This document shows positions 13,174-26,344 of a stretch of DNA of 64,000 nucleotides, piece by piece. Where the stretch lies: assembly GCA_951406725.2 (NCBI GenBank), contig OX597814.1, positions 152,706,001-152,770,000 on the forward strand, in the 5' to 3' direction. The notes beneath the pieces are model-generated. The model saw only the letters and a program-made list of their open reading frames with translations. It was not told the DNA's origin and did no database searches. The DNA is from Octopus vulgaris. Lineage: Eukaryota. The stretch's first letter is position 1. Each line of letters begins with the position of its first letter. Both the position numbers and the translations under genes were made by a program.

Positions 13174-13867
13174 TATGATCAGAAAGATAGGGTTCGAGTA
13201 TACAGGGGTGCTAGAAAGAAATTAGATAACATTATATGTAATTATACCAGTGGTACCAGCCCTAGATATAGAAACAAAGATTGGAATAGGATACAAAGAA
13301 CTTGTGACAAAGCAAACAGTGCGAACACATGGTATAAAACTGAAGAATATCAAGGAGTGATGTTTGTAGAAGCCACAGCCCATGGAGAACTAGCCCGTAG
13401 ATTTAGAAAAGCTCTGAAGGAGACCAAACTCAACATTAAGATTGTTGAAAAGCCAGGGAACTCCGTCAGATTACAACTATGTAGGATGTACCCCTTTGAG
13501 AATACCATGTGCACCACTGATAACTGCATGGTATGTAGGATTAGCGCTGGCATTAACTGTAGAACTAGAAATGTAGTTTACAGCATAAGATTCATAGAAG
13601 GTGCTTGTAAAGACATGAACATGACATATATAGGGGAGACATCTAGGAGCATTGTGGAATGACTAAATGAACATTTGAGACAATATGATGACAAAAAACA
13701 GTCCTTCATACTCTACCAAACATGCCAAGGACCAACATGGAGGCAACCTGGGTCAACTTGACATCCGCATCTTATCCAACTACCTAAAGAACCCAACACT
13801 CAGACGAATACAGGAGTACGTCTTCATAAATGAAACTTCTCCAATACTAAATAGGATATATACATAG
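13174..13867 (+). mobile_element. Penelope-like retroelement 3' fragment (RT linker, Cys knuckle and GIY-YIG endonuclease), degenerate
   Basis: Open frame 13174-13659 ends CTTDNCMVC...NCRTRNVVYSI...TYIGETSRSIVE, then *LNEH (R..EH) and, after a frameshift, KH...H and E..FI....P.LN. This is the GIY-YIG signature of PLEs. Confidence 0.88.
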
Positions 13868-14869
13868 TAGATGTCATACCTCCATACCGAGTTTACAGAG
13901 GTAGAGTAGAATAGTTAGTGGGCTGTTATGTAGATAGATGTATGTATATGTGTGTGTGTAAAAAACACCATCTAAACGTGGTCAATGCCAGTGCTGCCTG
14001 ACTGGATCCTGTGCCGGTGGCACGGAAAAAGCACCCACTACACTCTCGGAGTGGTGTAGTTTGTGTGTGTATGCATGTGTGCGTACGTTCCTTATGCATT
14101 CCAAAACGGAGTTGCCAATTTTAGACATATGGGGTATCAAAAAATTAAGTAAGCTTTTGGCTACGAACTAAACTATATTTTCATTCATTTATTTGCATTA
14201 CAAAAATTTAACATTATCATTTTTCTTTTAATCACCTATCGTAAACGACATTTTTTACCACCACTACCACAACGATGACATCACATTTTCTATATGAGTG
14301 TGTTGTAACATACATTAGGCTGATGACTGACAAGTATATATATGTGCCGGTGCTTGTACCTGTCACTATACATACATTTTTGTGATGACTGACACACAAA
14401 CACACATCTAAAGACACAGACAGACACACTCAAGGGCAGACATAGGCTTAAGGTGTGTGTTAATGTATATCTGTGTATGTGTGTGTTTGTTTTAGTATAT
14501 GTATGTGACCTTACCCCCCCCCCCACGACCCAACAGTGATACACATTGATATTGAAAGTTACAACGACCAGGTTTCATTAAAAGTGAAAATACTTTCACA
14601 CTTTCAATTTGAACCAAAATGACAGTGTTCAATTATGAGACTGGGGATGTGTGAATAATGAAAGTAATGTTTCTCTGAATTAATTACATCTGTATTATAA
14701 TAAAGAAAGTTGCTTAGGCGATCTCTCCTTTTGACTTGCAGAGCTATCATGTGCACTCATTAATTTCTGTAAAAAAATTTTATTTATTGCTTTAAAAAAT
14801 TTTATTTATTGGTTTAAAGTGAAAGAGGGGATAAAATGAAAGATGTATGTAAGAGTATATGAAATGGAC

Positions 14870-15092
14870 ATGTATGAAAGAGAGAGGGAGAAGAGAGAGA
14901 TAGAGGAAGGGATAAAAAAAACTGAGAGAGGAAGGGAGAAAGAGAGAGCAGAAGGGATAAAGAGAGAGAAGGAAGGGAGAATGAGAGAGAGAGAGAAAGA
15001 GAGTGACTGAAGGGTGTGTGTTGTCATGCATACGTACATACATCAATACATATGCATACATCTTTTTTGTATGTACATGTGCATGTGTGTGT

Positions 15093-15133
<41 letters not shown>

Positions 15134-15150
15134 CATATGTGAGAGTGAGT
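14870..15150. repeat. Purine-rich GA tract plus TG/GA microsatellites
   Basis: Directly visible low-complexity sequence. Confidence 0.9.
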
Positions 15151-16307
15151 GAGTGAACATGTGTTCTCATGTATGTGTTAGCCCACTTTATACAGAACTC
15201 GTTTCATCCTCAATCAATCTTTTGTTACACCTACGAAACACTGCACTGAAACAATTCTCAAACATTTGTTTTGAGAACTGCAATTTCCAGAAAATTCCTC
15301 TCTGCTCATTTTTTTCCTACAGATATCAACCTTCAGAATTCAAACTCAATATCAACCATGTTGACTTTATATCGAAGACCTGAAAATCTTGGAAGAATTG
15401 AAACCCTGTAGTTATTGCCTCTCCTCTTAGACTATAATATGGAAAGTGAACTATCCTTTATATGAATAATTTTTCAGTAGTGGTGTATCACACAAGTATC
15501 ACACATATTTAAATTCTGAAAAACAATTTCCATTTGTATAAATGATAAAATAATTGGTGAATAGTACAATCCATCCTCCAGCAATTGTCCGTTTATATTG
15601 CTAAGCAAGACGGTCTGTACTTCTTAACAATACTGGTTTCAAATTTTTGGCACAAGGCTAGCATGTTTGGGGGAAGGGGCAAGTCGATTACATCAACCCC
15701 AGTGTTCAACTGGTACTTATTTTATCGACCCCAAAAGGATGAAAGGCAAAGTCAACCTCAGCAGAATTTGAACTCTGAGTGTAAAGATGGGTGAAATGCC
15801 TCTAAGCATTTTGCTCAGAGTACTAATGATTCTACCAGCTTAAACTTCTAAACAATATTGGAGAATTTTAATGGTAAATAAATTAAATCAACCTGATTTG
15901 CTTCATATGTCATATCAACCAGTTTAATCCTTTTGTAACCATTTTTCTGTGGAAATACAATGCCTTTTCGTGTTTTCAATTAATTTTGAAAACAATGAAG
16001 AGTTTAGTAAAATAAATTTTCAACATTATTCTGGTATTTGGAATTTAAGCTGAAATCGACAAGAAATTTTGATAGAAAGTTCTAACTTTGATCACTATAA
16101 AACAGGAAGCCTGTATCATAGAACTAGGGGTGATTTCAGGCAGGTTAGTATCAAAACAGTTAAATGGATAAGAAGATATGATAAACTGAAACAAAATTCC
16201 TGATAAAACAAAAACATGGAATTTCTTTTTCTGAGACATTTTTCTTTAGTAAGAGAGTTAACATTTGTAGAACAGTTTAATGAAAGAGTGAAGAACTGTA
16301 TACAAAC

Positions 16308-16433
16308 CTTCGAACGTCTCTGACCAATTTTCCGTAGGGTATTTCCCAACAATACAATTTCAGAATTCTCATTCCTGCAATTATCTCATTCATCAGAGCC
16401 ATCCTCTGATCAGTGAAGATAGCTGTTTTACAC
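16308..16433 (-). CDS. ABCC4: ABCC4-like coding exon (exon 7 equivalent), 126 nt, phase 2-2
   Basis: Acceptor atttgcAG and donor GTttgt. Translates (R)CKTAIFTDQRMALMNEIIAGMRILKLYCWEIPYGKLVRDVR(R), the conserved D.R...MNE.I.G.R..K.Y.WE motif. Confidence 0.96.
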
Positions 16434-16625
16434 CTGCAAATACACACACATACACACATTTATATATATATAAATCAACAATGAAACAAATCCGTTTTTA
16501 AAGGTGTATCTTTTAGCTAGTTTTGATCAAATTGCTATTTCGGTTCTATTTTAACAAAACTGTTTGACGAACGGGAACGTGAAACTCCAACAGCTTTTGT
16601 TATATTTCTGCTGCTTTTAAATAAA

Positions 16626-16702
<77 letters not shown>

Positions 16703-16706
<4 letters not shown>

Positions 16707-16916
16707 GGGTGTTGAAAAGTTCCTGGCTTTAGGTAAAAGAAAATACAGGAGGATCAGATAATTATGATTTTATTTAACATATTCCCCTCTCAGATTCACA
16801 CACTTATTGCATCAGTCCTTCAGTTTTTCTAACCCTGTAAAAGAACTCAGAAGGTTGAGCCTCTAACCAGGCCTTTCACAATACCCATAAAGAAAGGAAC
16901 TTTTCAGCACCCCCGC

Positions 16917-16917
<1 letters not shown>
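16703..16917. mobile_element. Mariner-type MITE embedded in (TA)n
   Basis: TIRs tgaggggtgttgaaaagttcct and aggaacttttcagcacccccgca, with long TA runs on both flanks (TA target). Confidence 0.8.
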
Positions 16918-16967
<50 letters not shown>

Positions 16968-18735
16968 TAAACAAGAGAGACAGAGACAGGCAGAAACAAG
17001 GAAAATGACCCTTGTATTTGAATACTATGCAAATATTCTTTTAAAATACTTTTCATTTAATTTTTCAAAAAATTAATTGTTTTCCATACATACATTTGAA
17101 AAAATCTCAATGACTGAAACTGGAACTGAAATGTTTTTTATAAAATTATTTTAGCATTTTCTACCTTGACTTTTTTTCCACATATATATATATTTATTTA
17201 TTTATACATATATGTAAAGGTAAGATCCAAGGATCGAAGTGTGGGAAGTTAGTAAAGTTGTGAGCAGTCTGCATAAGTCATAAAAAACAACTTTTAAGAA
17301 CAATAGTGGTTTATTGATGTAGAAGCTTGTAATTTTTTCCCATATCGAAGTTGATAAGCCGAAAAAATTGTTTTATAGTTTATGGTTAGCAGCTGGGGTT
17401 GCTGTGTATGCAAATAAAAATCCAAAATTAGGGAACGGAGTAGATAAAATCCTAGCTACATATGTTTCATAGCTAGCAGAACCTCAGAAGTAACAATTAT
17501 CCATACAAGTGGCCATCCAATAGCTACTTGTCATAATGAAAATATCTCAATCAAATAAAGCTTACATTATTGCTAGAAGATCCTGTGTTAACACTCATTG
17601 GGGATTCGTTTGGATAATTTACTACTTTGCAGGAGATTTGATTGAAAATGCATGGAAAGCATAGAAATAAGTTTCGATATATATATACATATCCAAAACT
17701 ATAACTGAAACATCATCTGGATCAAGCCCATCTTTATTTAATCTCAACATGAATAATCTCATAACTTTGTAAATTTGATTTCCAAATGTGTCCAACAGAG
17801 AAAAGAATTCCATAATCTCTTTGACTAGCTTAATATCAAGATGAGTTTCAATTGCCTTTTTAGTGTCAGCAACATCACAACAAGAAGTATCCATGCTATA
17901 CCATGATCCTGCACATAGTAATTAAAAATGTAAACAACCTCAAGCACATATAGGAGAGATCAATATCAATACAATCATAAATTCAGCAAGTTACATCCTC
18001 TCAATCATAAATGTAATGCAGATGTGGTAATTAACCTTGTGAACATTCACACTTCTCTCGAGTAGTAATTCCTATCCCTTGAGTAGTAATTCCTACAACA
18101 GTATGTATGAGGTATCTTTCAAGTATATTATACAGATCACAATGTTAAAAATGCAAGTAAAAGGAAAGCCATAGATTTTTCAAGCTATGTATAGAGTGTC
18201 CAGAATAAGCTGAAAACAACCAGAGTCATGCAGTGAAATCAAACTTAAAACCATGCAATTTGGAAGTGTATCTGTATGTATGCATGCATGCATTCATTCA
18301 GTTGAGGGAATATGCAAATAAACATGAGTGCATGTTTGCTGTGCATATATAGAGAATGATAATTAAGACAGAAACCAAATAGTTATAAAATGATTTCTTA
18401 TATAATATCATATTTACTTATATTATATTTGAATTTTATATTAAAGTTCAAGCAAGTGGATATGATTTGATAATTAATCTGTTGGTAAAGACATGTTAAA
18501 TCTGGATTTTAACATTTAAAGCATGTATATAGTAAAACTAAGTAGATTTTCAGAGATGTATTTTTGTTTGGTAAATGACTTAATCTGAGAAATTGAGTTG
18601 AAACTAAAACAATTACATTATGGTAGAGTCATAAAAATCATTTAAAATACACATACACTGTTATTTTAACCTTTGTTTCATTTCAGGATAAGGTGTCAAA
18701 AATTTATTTACACTGCTACAACTTGGTCACAGACT

Positions 18736-18910
18736 AACCTGGGTTCTCATTTCTAAGGTATTTTTCGATGTTATTTTATTACTATTATTATTATTATTAT
18801 TATTATTATTTTTATTGTTATTGTTCAGGTCACTGCTTGGAATCGAACTCAGAATCTTGGGGTTAGTAGCCTGCGCTCTTAACCACTACGCCATATGCCC
18901 GTGGCATAAC

Positions 18911-18942
<32 letters not shown>

Positions 18943-19095
18943 CAACATCAAAAAATATCTTAGGAATGAGAACCCAGGTTCGAAATTTCCCCAAAACACC
19001 TGAAAAAGGCTGGAGAGTATATCAGCCGAAACTTTGTGTTAACAACAAACAAAATGAGAATAAATATCTGTCGAATGTAAATAATGTAAATAATA
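18736..19095. mobile_element. Composite element: minus-strand tRNA-like head (~18825-18905) between inverted copies of an (AAT)n-linked body; the plus-strand copy ends in a degenerate hammerhead motif
   Basis: A-box tggcgtagtgg and B-box gagttcgattc on the minus strand. 18736-18775 is the reverse complement of ~18941-18980. The motif aacac-CTGAAAA-aggctg...cagcc-GAAA-cttt-gtgtt lies at 18995-19040. Confidence 0.6.
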
Positions 19096-19241
19096 ATTAT
19101 CAGCATTGTTTTATATTCAACAGTGCCGATGTCTACTATTTTGTACACAGTGGTTTATTTTGGATATATAATATTATTTATAAAATAAAACAGAAGTTAA
19201 TATAATAGTATATATTTTTAATGGTTTACATAATTCTTCTA

Positions 19242-20097
19242 CAAGGGTCGGCAACTTCTATGCTTCCATGGGCCAGATTGAGTATTAATGATGGATAGCA
19301 GGCCAGATGAAGGCCATAAAAGAATAATTATGGAAAATTACATAAGCTAAAATTTTATCACAGATGTTGACTATACTTAAAAATGATTTGTATTAATCTC
19401 AGATGAATGTAGTAATGAAAATACATCATTTATTCGATTTAAGACATTGTTGAAATTACTTGTTTAAAAAATTTTTTAAATACACAGCAGCCAAAAAAAT
19501 TAATGGGAAATTTGATGCTTTTTGTTCCTGGAAAGCTTCTCAATATTAGGCTTCAGAACTTGTTGATACCAAAAACAAGATATTATCAAGACAATTATCA
19601 GTTAATCTTGTTCTTAAATTGTTCTTAGTTTGCTTCAAACTGGAAAATAATTGCTCACACTGATAAGTGCTTCCAAACAAAGATGCCATCTTTTTTGCAT
19701 GATTTACTAAGTTGGTATACTTCCCACTTGGAAAAATATATTTTGCATAGAAGTCAATCAATGAAACATCTTTAGACTAAAATTTAGATCTCAATGAATC
19801 ATCACACTGCATATGAACCAATTTTATTTGAAAACATTCTGATACTGTCTCCAGCTCCACACCAACTGGTGAAGCAAACAATTTAAACTGATTTGCATGC
19901 ATTCACATCCAGTTGGTGGTGGACATTAGGTAGAGTGAATAAGAAGATTTGTGAAGAATGCAACAGCAAGCCTTTTATTGTATTTGAAAGTCTCATCTCT
20001 CATATTACAATAAATTTAAATTTTAAATAAACAACTCATTGGACATCACATCTTGTGGGCTGGATCTGGCCTGTAGGCCATAGGTTGCCAACCCTTG
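19242..20097 (-). mobile_element. Internally deleted hAT (SPIN/Charlie/GTF2IRD2-like) DNA transposon
   Basis: TIRs caagggtcggcaac and gttgccaacccttg. Minus-strand peptide KMASLFGSTYQCEQLFSSLK.TKNNLRTRLTD..L is the hAT C-terminal dimerisation domain. A tctacaa-like sequence occurs at both junctions. Confidence 0.88.
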
Positions 20098-20202
20098 CTC
20101 TACAAAATAACTGTTCAAGTATTTGTTTATATATGAAATTTATTTTTTAAGTGTACACATTATTCTTAATCATTAACTTTTTTAATCAGTAATGAGAATT
20201 AC

Positions 20203-20366
20203 CTGTATTTCGAGACCAGTTTCCCCATCCAAACTTGAAGTGGAATGATAACTATAAGAACAAGGAATCCAAGCAAGCAAACAGGTCCAAGAATATACCA
20301 TAGAATGATTATGATGGCAACAGTCTGTGGTGGTCCAATAATAAAGAAATGAGTATAAAGTAAAAC
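20203..20366 (-). CDS. ABCC4: ABCC4-like coding exon (exon 6 equivalent), 164 nt, phase 0-2
   Basis: Acceptor tgatttcAG and donor GTaatt. Translates VLLYTHFFIIGPPQTVAIIIILWYILGPVCLLGFLVLIVIIPLQVWMGKLVSKY(R), two TM helices with GP.Q and PLQ...GK motifs. Confidence 0.95.
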
Positions 20367-21137
20367 CTGAAATCAATAAATATTATCGTTAGTAAGTATT
20401 CGAATTAACAAATAAAAAGAGGTAATTGATACTTATGCAACAAATTAATTTATACAATAACAGAGTTAGAACTGGAGTTAGGGTTCTTGCACCAGTACTT
20501 GACTGGTACTTTATTTTATTGACTTCCACTCACCAAAAAATGAAAAGGGAAAAGTTGACCTCAGCAGGATTTTAATACAGCAAGTAAAAACAAGGAATAA
20601 TATTACATTTCTTTCCAGTAGTCTCATGATTCTGCAAACTCACTGCTCTTAATGAGAATTTTTAATTCAGGCACAATATCATCAAACTTTGAGAGAATAA
20701 AGATAGTCAATCACATCAACCCCCATTGCTTGACTGGTACTTAATTTTATCAATCCTGAAGGAAGAAAGGTGAAGTTGACCTTGATAAGATATGAACTCT
20801 AAGCATAAAGAATTGGAACAAATACTGCAAAGATCAGAGACATGCAACTTTAATATGTAACATTAATGGATTGAAAAAATGTGCTGCTAAAATAATGTTA
20901 TGCAGAGGAGGGAAAAAGTTAACATACAACAGATTAAGAGGAGGCAGACTCAAGAAAGAGTATTATCAAAATGTCTGTGACATAAATGTCTATTGAGGCA
21001 GAATAGTTTTTTCAAACTATTCAAAAAGAAAATTCATAACACTAACAGTGTTTTTTAGTTTTATTTTTAGATCCACAACATCAATTTAGATGTATAAGCA
21101 TGAATCAGTGAGGGAGCAGTATTTGTCCAAAGATAAT

Positions 21138-21756
21138 ATCTCTTATGGACATGTGTTTAAAAACACAATATATATTGGAACTACAGTAAATTTGTCTTCC
21201 AAAGATATTTACATTAAATCTGATACATAGATGTGTCTGGGGAAAGTCATTTTCTTTTTGTGCCTTATAATGTAACACACTCACCGGTAAAATTTCCACT
21301 TATTTCTTAAATATAAAAATTAAAATTTTAAAAAAAGAAGAAAGAAGCGGAAATTTTACTGGTGAGTGTGTTACATTATAAGACACAAAAAGAAAATTAC
21401 TCTCCCCAGACACAACAGAATATGCTTCAACACAGGATCACAAATAAAGAATCTTGCAAACCAAATCCAAAAACGAAAGATACATAGATGGCTATTTCAA
21501 TTTAATACTGCTTGTAGAGTATACATAATAGATTTTTATTCAACCGCACAACTATTCAGTGTCAGTAAATACAGTTTTCCTACATATCAAAGGTGACAAA
21601 TCTCTTCTAAGCATGTAACTGGCTGTGAGTACACATCATTAACATGGCTCAAAGAAGCTGAAATGCATTTGACTTTCTCAGTAGCCACTGCCAGGATGAT
21701 TTTCGTCTCCCTCCAATATACATTGTGTTTTTAAACACAGAATGTCCATAAGAGAT
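21138..21756. repeat. Nested inverted repeats: inner arms 21232-21307 and 21339-21414; outer arms ~21138-21179 and ~21712-21756
   Basis: Both pairs are visibly reverse-complementary. Confidence 0.85.
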
Positions 21757-22463
21757 TTCAACAATATATTTGCATTAAGTATGATACAAGGTTGGCTATA
21801 TATAGAGATGACATCAACATACATACATACATACATGCAGACAGACAGGCAGATAGGTGGATAAGTGGACAGATGGACAGACAGAGAAATCTTTTATCTT
21901 TTAATTGTTTCAATCATTAGACTGCAGCCATGCTGGGGCACTGCCTTTAGTCATATAAATCAACCTCACTACTTATTCAGTTGGTCTTGTTTTGCCAAAC
22001 TTCTCATTTACAGTGAAACAAATACTAGTTGTCAAGCAGTGGAGGGGACAAACACAAATATCCACACACACACACAAACACACACACCTATACATGGGCT
22101 TTGGTTGGCCTGAGACCATAGTAGAGGACACTTGGCTAGTGGGACTGAACCCAGAGTCATGTGGTTGGGAAGCAAATTTCTTACCATAAGCCACTTGTAA
22201 CACGAAATGACCTTTGTTTATTGTCTACTTTGTATACTTAGAGTACTTATGAACTACAACATCCTATTTCTCAGAAACCACTAAATTTTCTGGCCTATTT
22301 TTTGGAGTGGGGGGATTTTCATGGAAGTGGTGGTATCAGTATATGGTATGTTCTAACCAAAGTATTTCCTCATCAGTTTCAGGTCCCATATTTTCACTCA
22401 TGTATACTTCCTTGGATCCAACTAAACAATATTTCAATTGTTCATTTACTTTGTTAACTTCAA

Positions 22464-22520
22464 TCCTAGTATGAAGAAATGTATAAACAACATAGCACCT
22501 GAAGAAAAGCACAATACACA
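22464..22520 (-). pseudogene. Decayed duplicate of the 5' part of ABCC4 exon 6 (pseudo-exon)
   Basis: Strong acceptor gcttttcttcAG, then GTG CTA [TG] TTG TTT ATA CAT TTC TTC ATA CTA GGA = VL-LFIHFFILG versus real exon 6 VLLYTHFFIIG. The 2-nt insertion shifts the frame. Confidence 0.5.
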
Positions 22521-23097
22521 AAGATTTTTGTTATATATTTGCTATATATTTTCTTATGGGAACGTGCTATTCAATACTTTCTTTTTATTTTTGAGCCTGA
22601 AAACAATTCAGAGAAACTCTTGAAATATATAGGGTGTTTGGGCTAAATTTAATGATTTTATTATGTCTTCCCATTCCAGGAACAGCTTCATGCATTGATG
22701 AATAATCAAAAGTGTTGGAGAGCATAAGGATTGAAGTTGGAGCTGAGAAAAAGATAGCCAACATGGAAGACTAGAAGTCATCTGAATGTTAGAAAAGAGT
22801 TACCTGTATCATGATGATTCAAGCTGGGTTTCAAAATGCAGACATTATGACTACAGCTCAATGCTTAATAAGATGTTAACATTAAATTCAACTTATGATG
22901 AAAGTAAACAAACAATGTTTGCTCTCAAAGCATTGAGATATTTTAAAAAAATTTTAAATACCTTTATTTTTGGATAGGAGAGTGTTTTCTTTTCTTTTTA
23001 ATGCTGTTAAAGTTAGCTTGAACACACTGTGTGTATGTACATGCATACATACATGCATGCATGCATGCATGCATGCATGCATGCATGCATACATACA

Positions 23098-23129
<32 letters not shown>

Positions 23130-23439
23130 GTTAATCCAAAAAACAAATGCAACAAGAAAAAAACAACAACACAAGGATGTGATATACGCAAAGTATTAGC
23201 AGATGCTCAGAGAAGGAAAGAAAGGTAGTTTTACGTTTCAGGCAAAACTCTTCAACAGAAACAGGAGACAGAGGAAAGTCCAAGAGAAAAGGAAGACGGA
23301 GGGGAAAAAAATTGCCAACGATCCACATGTGGTTACATTTTGAAATGACTGAAAGGGAATGGGTGAAGAAAAAGTTCTTTCTAAGACAGGAGAGTGTAAG
23401 AGAAGGAAGTATCTGTGCGTATGTGTGGGTATGTGCGTA

Positions 23440-24430
23440 CAAGCAAGTCTCTGTGTATAATAGCATGTGTATGTGTGTGTGTGTGGTGTTGTGTGTGTGG
23501 TGTTTGTGTAGTGTTGGCTTTTTATATATGTATGTGTGAGTGAACTTTGTGTCTCTTAATGTTGTAGGAAGAATTCAGCAGCATGGTAACAGGAGTAGTG
23601 GTCTTTTGTGTAGTTGTGTGTCTCTTCACATGTGCGTAGAGGAATGGTCAGTAGAAAGGTGTGTGACTGTTAGTTTGAAGTGTGTGCATGTGTGCATGTA
23701 TGTATATGTTGTGTGTGTGTGTTTTTATGTGTGGTGTGTGCACATTCGTCTGAGTGTGAGCATGTGTGTTCATGTATGTGCACATGTATGTGTGTGTATG
23801 TGCATGGGGTTGTGTGTGGGGTTCTGTATGGAGTTATATGTATGTTCCTGTGTGTGTGTGCTTATGCGTATGTGTGTGCATGTATGTGCATGTGTGTATG
23901 TGCATAATTGTTTGTGTGTATGTATGAGTGTTTGTGTGTGTGGGATGTATATGTGCGTTCATGTGTGTGCATGTATCTGTGTATGTGCATATGTTTTTGT
24001 GTGTGTGTACATGGGGTTGTGTGTGTGGTGGGGTTTATATGCATGTGCGCATGTGTATATGTATGTATGTGTATGTGGAGGTATATGTGCATTCCTGTGC
24101 CTGTGTGTGTGTTGTGTGTGGGATGTATATGCGAGGTATATATGTGTTCATGTGGCACGTGCGTGTATGTGTGTGTGTGTATATGTATGCATATGTGTGC
24201 ATGTATGAGCATATGTGTATGTGAGTGTGTGCGTGAGGTTGTGCGTGTGGAGGCATATGTGCATTCCTGTGTGCATGCATGTGTATGTGTGTGTGTGCGT
24301 GCATGTACGTGTGTGTATGTGTGTTGTGTGTGTTGTGTGGTGTGTGTGGGAGGTATATGTGACGTATATGTGCATTCATGTGTGTATGTGTGTATATGTA
24401 TGTGTGTGTATGTATGTGTGCATGTATACA
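23440..24430. repeat. ~1-kb complex TG-rich microsatellite (and (CATG)n/(CATA)n at ~23040-23126)
   Basis: Directly visible. It generates the many Cys/Val and His/Thr pseudo-ORFs in the track. Confidence 0.95.
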
Positions 24431-25597
24431 GGAATAAAATGAAATAAAATATAATAAAATATGACAGATAAAAAATAGGGAGAAAAAGGGGGAAAGTACA
24501 AGATGAAAAAATTAAATTAATGAATAAAAATTGAATAAAAATATACAAAAAATACCAGATACAAGATTTAAAAAAATTAAAATTAAAATTAAAGGGATAA
24601 TATAGAAATTAATACAATTATAACAAATAATTATAAAAAATTAATTTAAAAATTCGAAGGATAAAATGATAAAAAATCGAAAAAAAGAATAACAGTGAAA
24701 AACAAATGAGTGGATATAAGATAGGATAAAATAAGATAAAAAGTTACTTTTTAAGGAGGGTGTAGAGACAGTCGTTAAGAGGAGAGGGTTGTGTTGAGTC
24801 CAAAAGGAGTTTGTGTTTGTAGATTGAAAATGTAATGCTGTTCCAGGAGAAGATGGGAATGTGTGGATCCGTGGTGCAGGGCAAGGCCAAAAACGGAGAC
24901 ATTAGAGGTGGAGTGGATGGCCAAGTGGAAATGACAGGTAACAGGGGTGTACAGTAATAAACTAATTTAAATAGTTATAAGCTCTTCCATGAAAATAATT
25001 AAAATTTGAGAAGAATAATGGTGGTCTGGATCAGCAGGGGTCTATAGGATAAAAATACAAGCATGTTAGATTGCCATCAAAAGAGGAAATACATTAAGTT
25101 TCAATTTACCCATTACATTTCCTAAAACATTACGCATTTCCTCTTTTTACTTCAAACTCCTATGAGGTAATATACTCTGTAATAAACATTGCCAGACATC
25201 CTTAAATAAAGTACCTAATATTTCTCTTTTCTTTTGTTATGATATGTAGCTAGAAGAGAAAGGACAGTGATTGATGATGATGCCTTACTGTACTCAAGTA
25301 GACCTGCCCACCGCAACAGAATTGAGATCCTAAAAGCCAAGGTACAACAAAAGAAGTATTGATGTAGGGGCTGGTGCCACACAAAAAGCACTGGTGCTGG
25401 TGCCATATAAAAAACACTGATGATGGTACCACATGAAAAGTACCAAGTATACTCTGTAAAGTGGTCGGCATTAGGAAGAGCATCCAACCATAGAAACCAA
25501 GCCAAAACAGACTAATAAACCTGATGCAGCCCCTGCTCTTGTCTGTTCCTATCAAGCTGTCCAACCCAAGTCAGCAAAGAAAACGGACATTAAATGT

Positions 25598-25629
<32 letters not shown>

Positions 25630-26344
25630 GGGATGATGATGGCCAATGAATCTGATGTTCGACTAGAACTTCTGTTGGCTGATGTTGGTGAAGAAAACAT
25701 CACTCATCCAGTTTAAGATGACTTTTGTTGGTATGAAATGAAACAACATTACTTTCACAGAAGTTCTGAAGAGTAAAAGACTGTTGGTGAATGAAATAGA
25801 TAAGCAAAGATCTGATAGATCTGATTCAAAGAAACTGTACTGTTTTCGTTTTGTTTTAAGAATCTGTTTTGAAGGAAGAACCTTTGCAGGCTACTCAAAA
25901 CTTGTGAGGTTTGGATGCAATCGATGCTGATCATGAATATCTATGAAGTAAATGATCCAGTTGGCTGAAAGGGGGGAAAAAACTCAAGAGGATAAACAAG
26001 ATGACTGTTTACAATTTATCAATCTAACTGAAAATGCTGTTCTCATCTCATGTTAACATCTTAACAGCTTAACATGAAGAAGAAAATGCCGGTTCCAATG
26101 TTTTCTGAAAATACCCAAAATTTCTAAAGGTACCCTAACAAGGCGACAGTTCAATGATTAAACAAGTAAAAGAGTAATGAATAAGAGTAATTCTAGAATT
26201 TGCTGGCTTTCCAAGGTAGATGTAAAAATGTCTAGAGAATAAACAGAAAGAGAAAATAATCTTTTTTTTATCTTTAAATTTTTGCTAAAATTGAGAAGAA
26301 AATTACACACTCTTGCATTTGTCACAAATAAGAGAAAGACTTAC

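Noticed and set aside
18825-18905. tRNA gene (and other A/B-box heads such as 10496 and 51691)
   Set aside because: No well-paired acceptor stem or complete cloverleaf, and each runs directly into a repeat body. These are SINE heads.
23540-24548. Long ORFs of up to 228 aa on both strands
   Set aside because: They are translations of a TG/CA microsatellite (Cys/Val/His/Thr runs), not genes.
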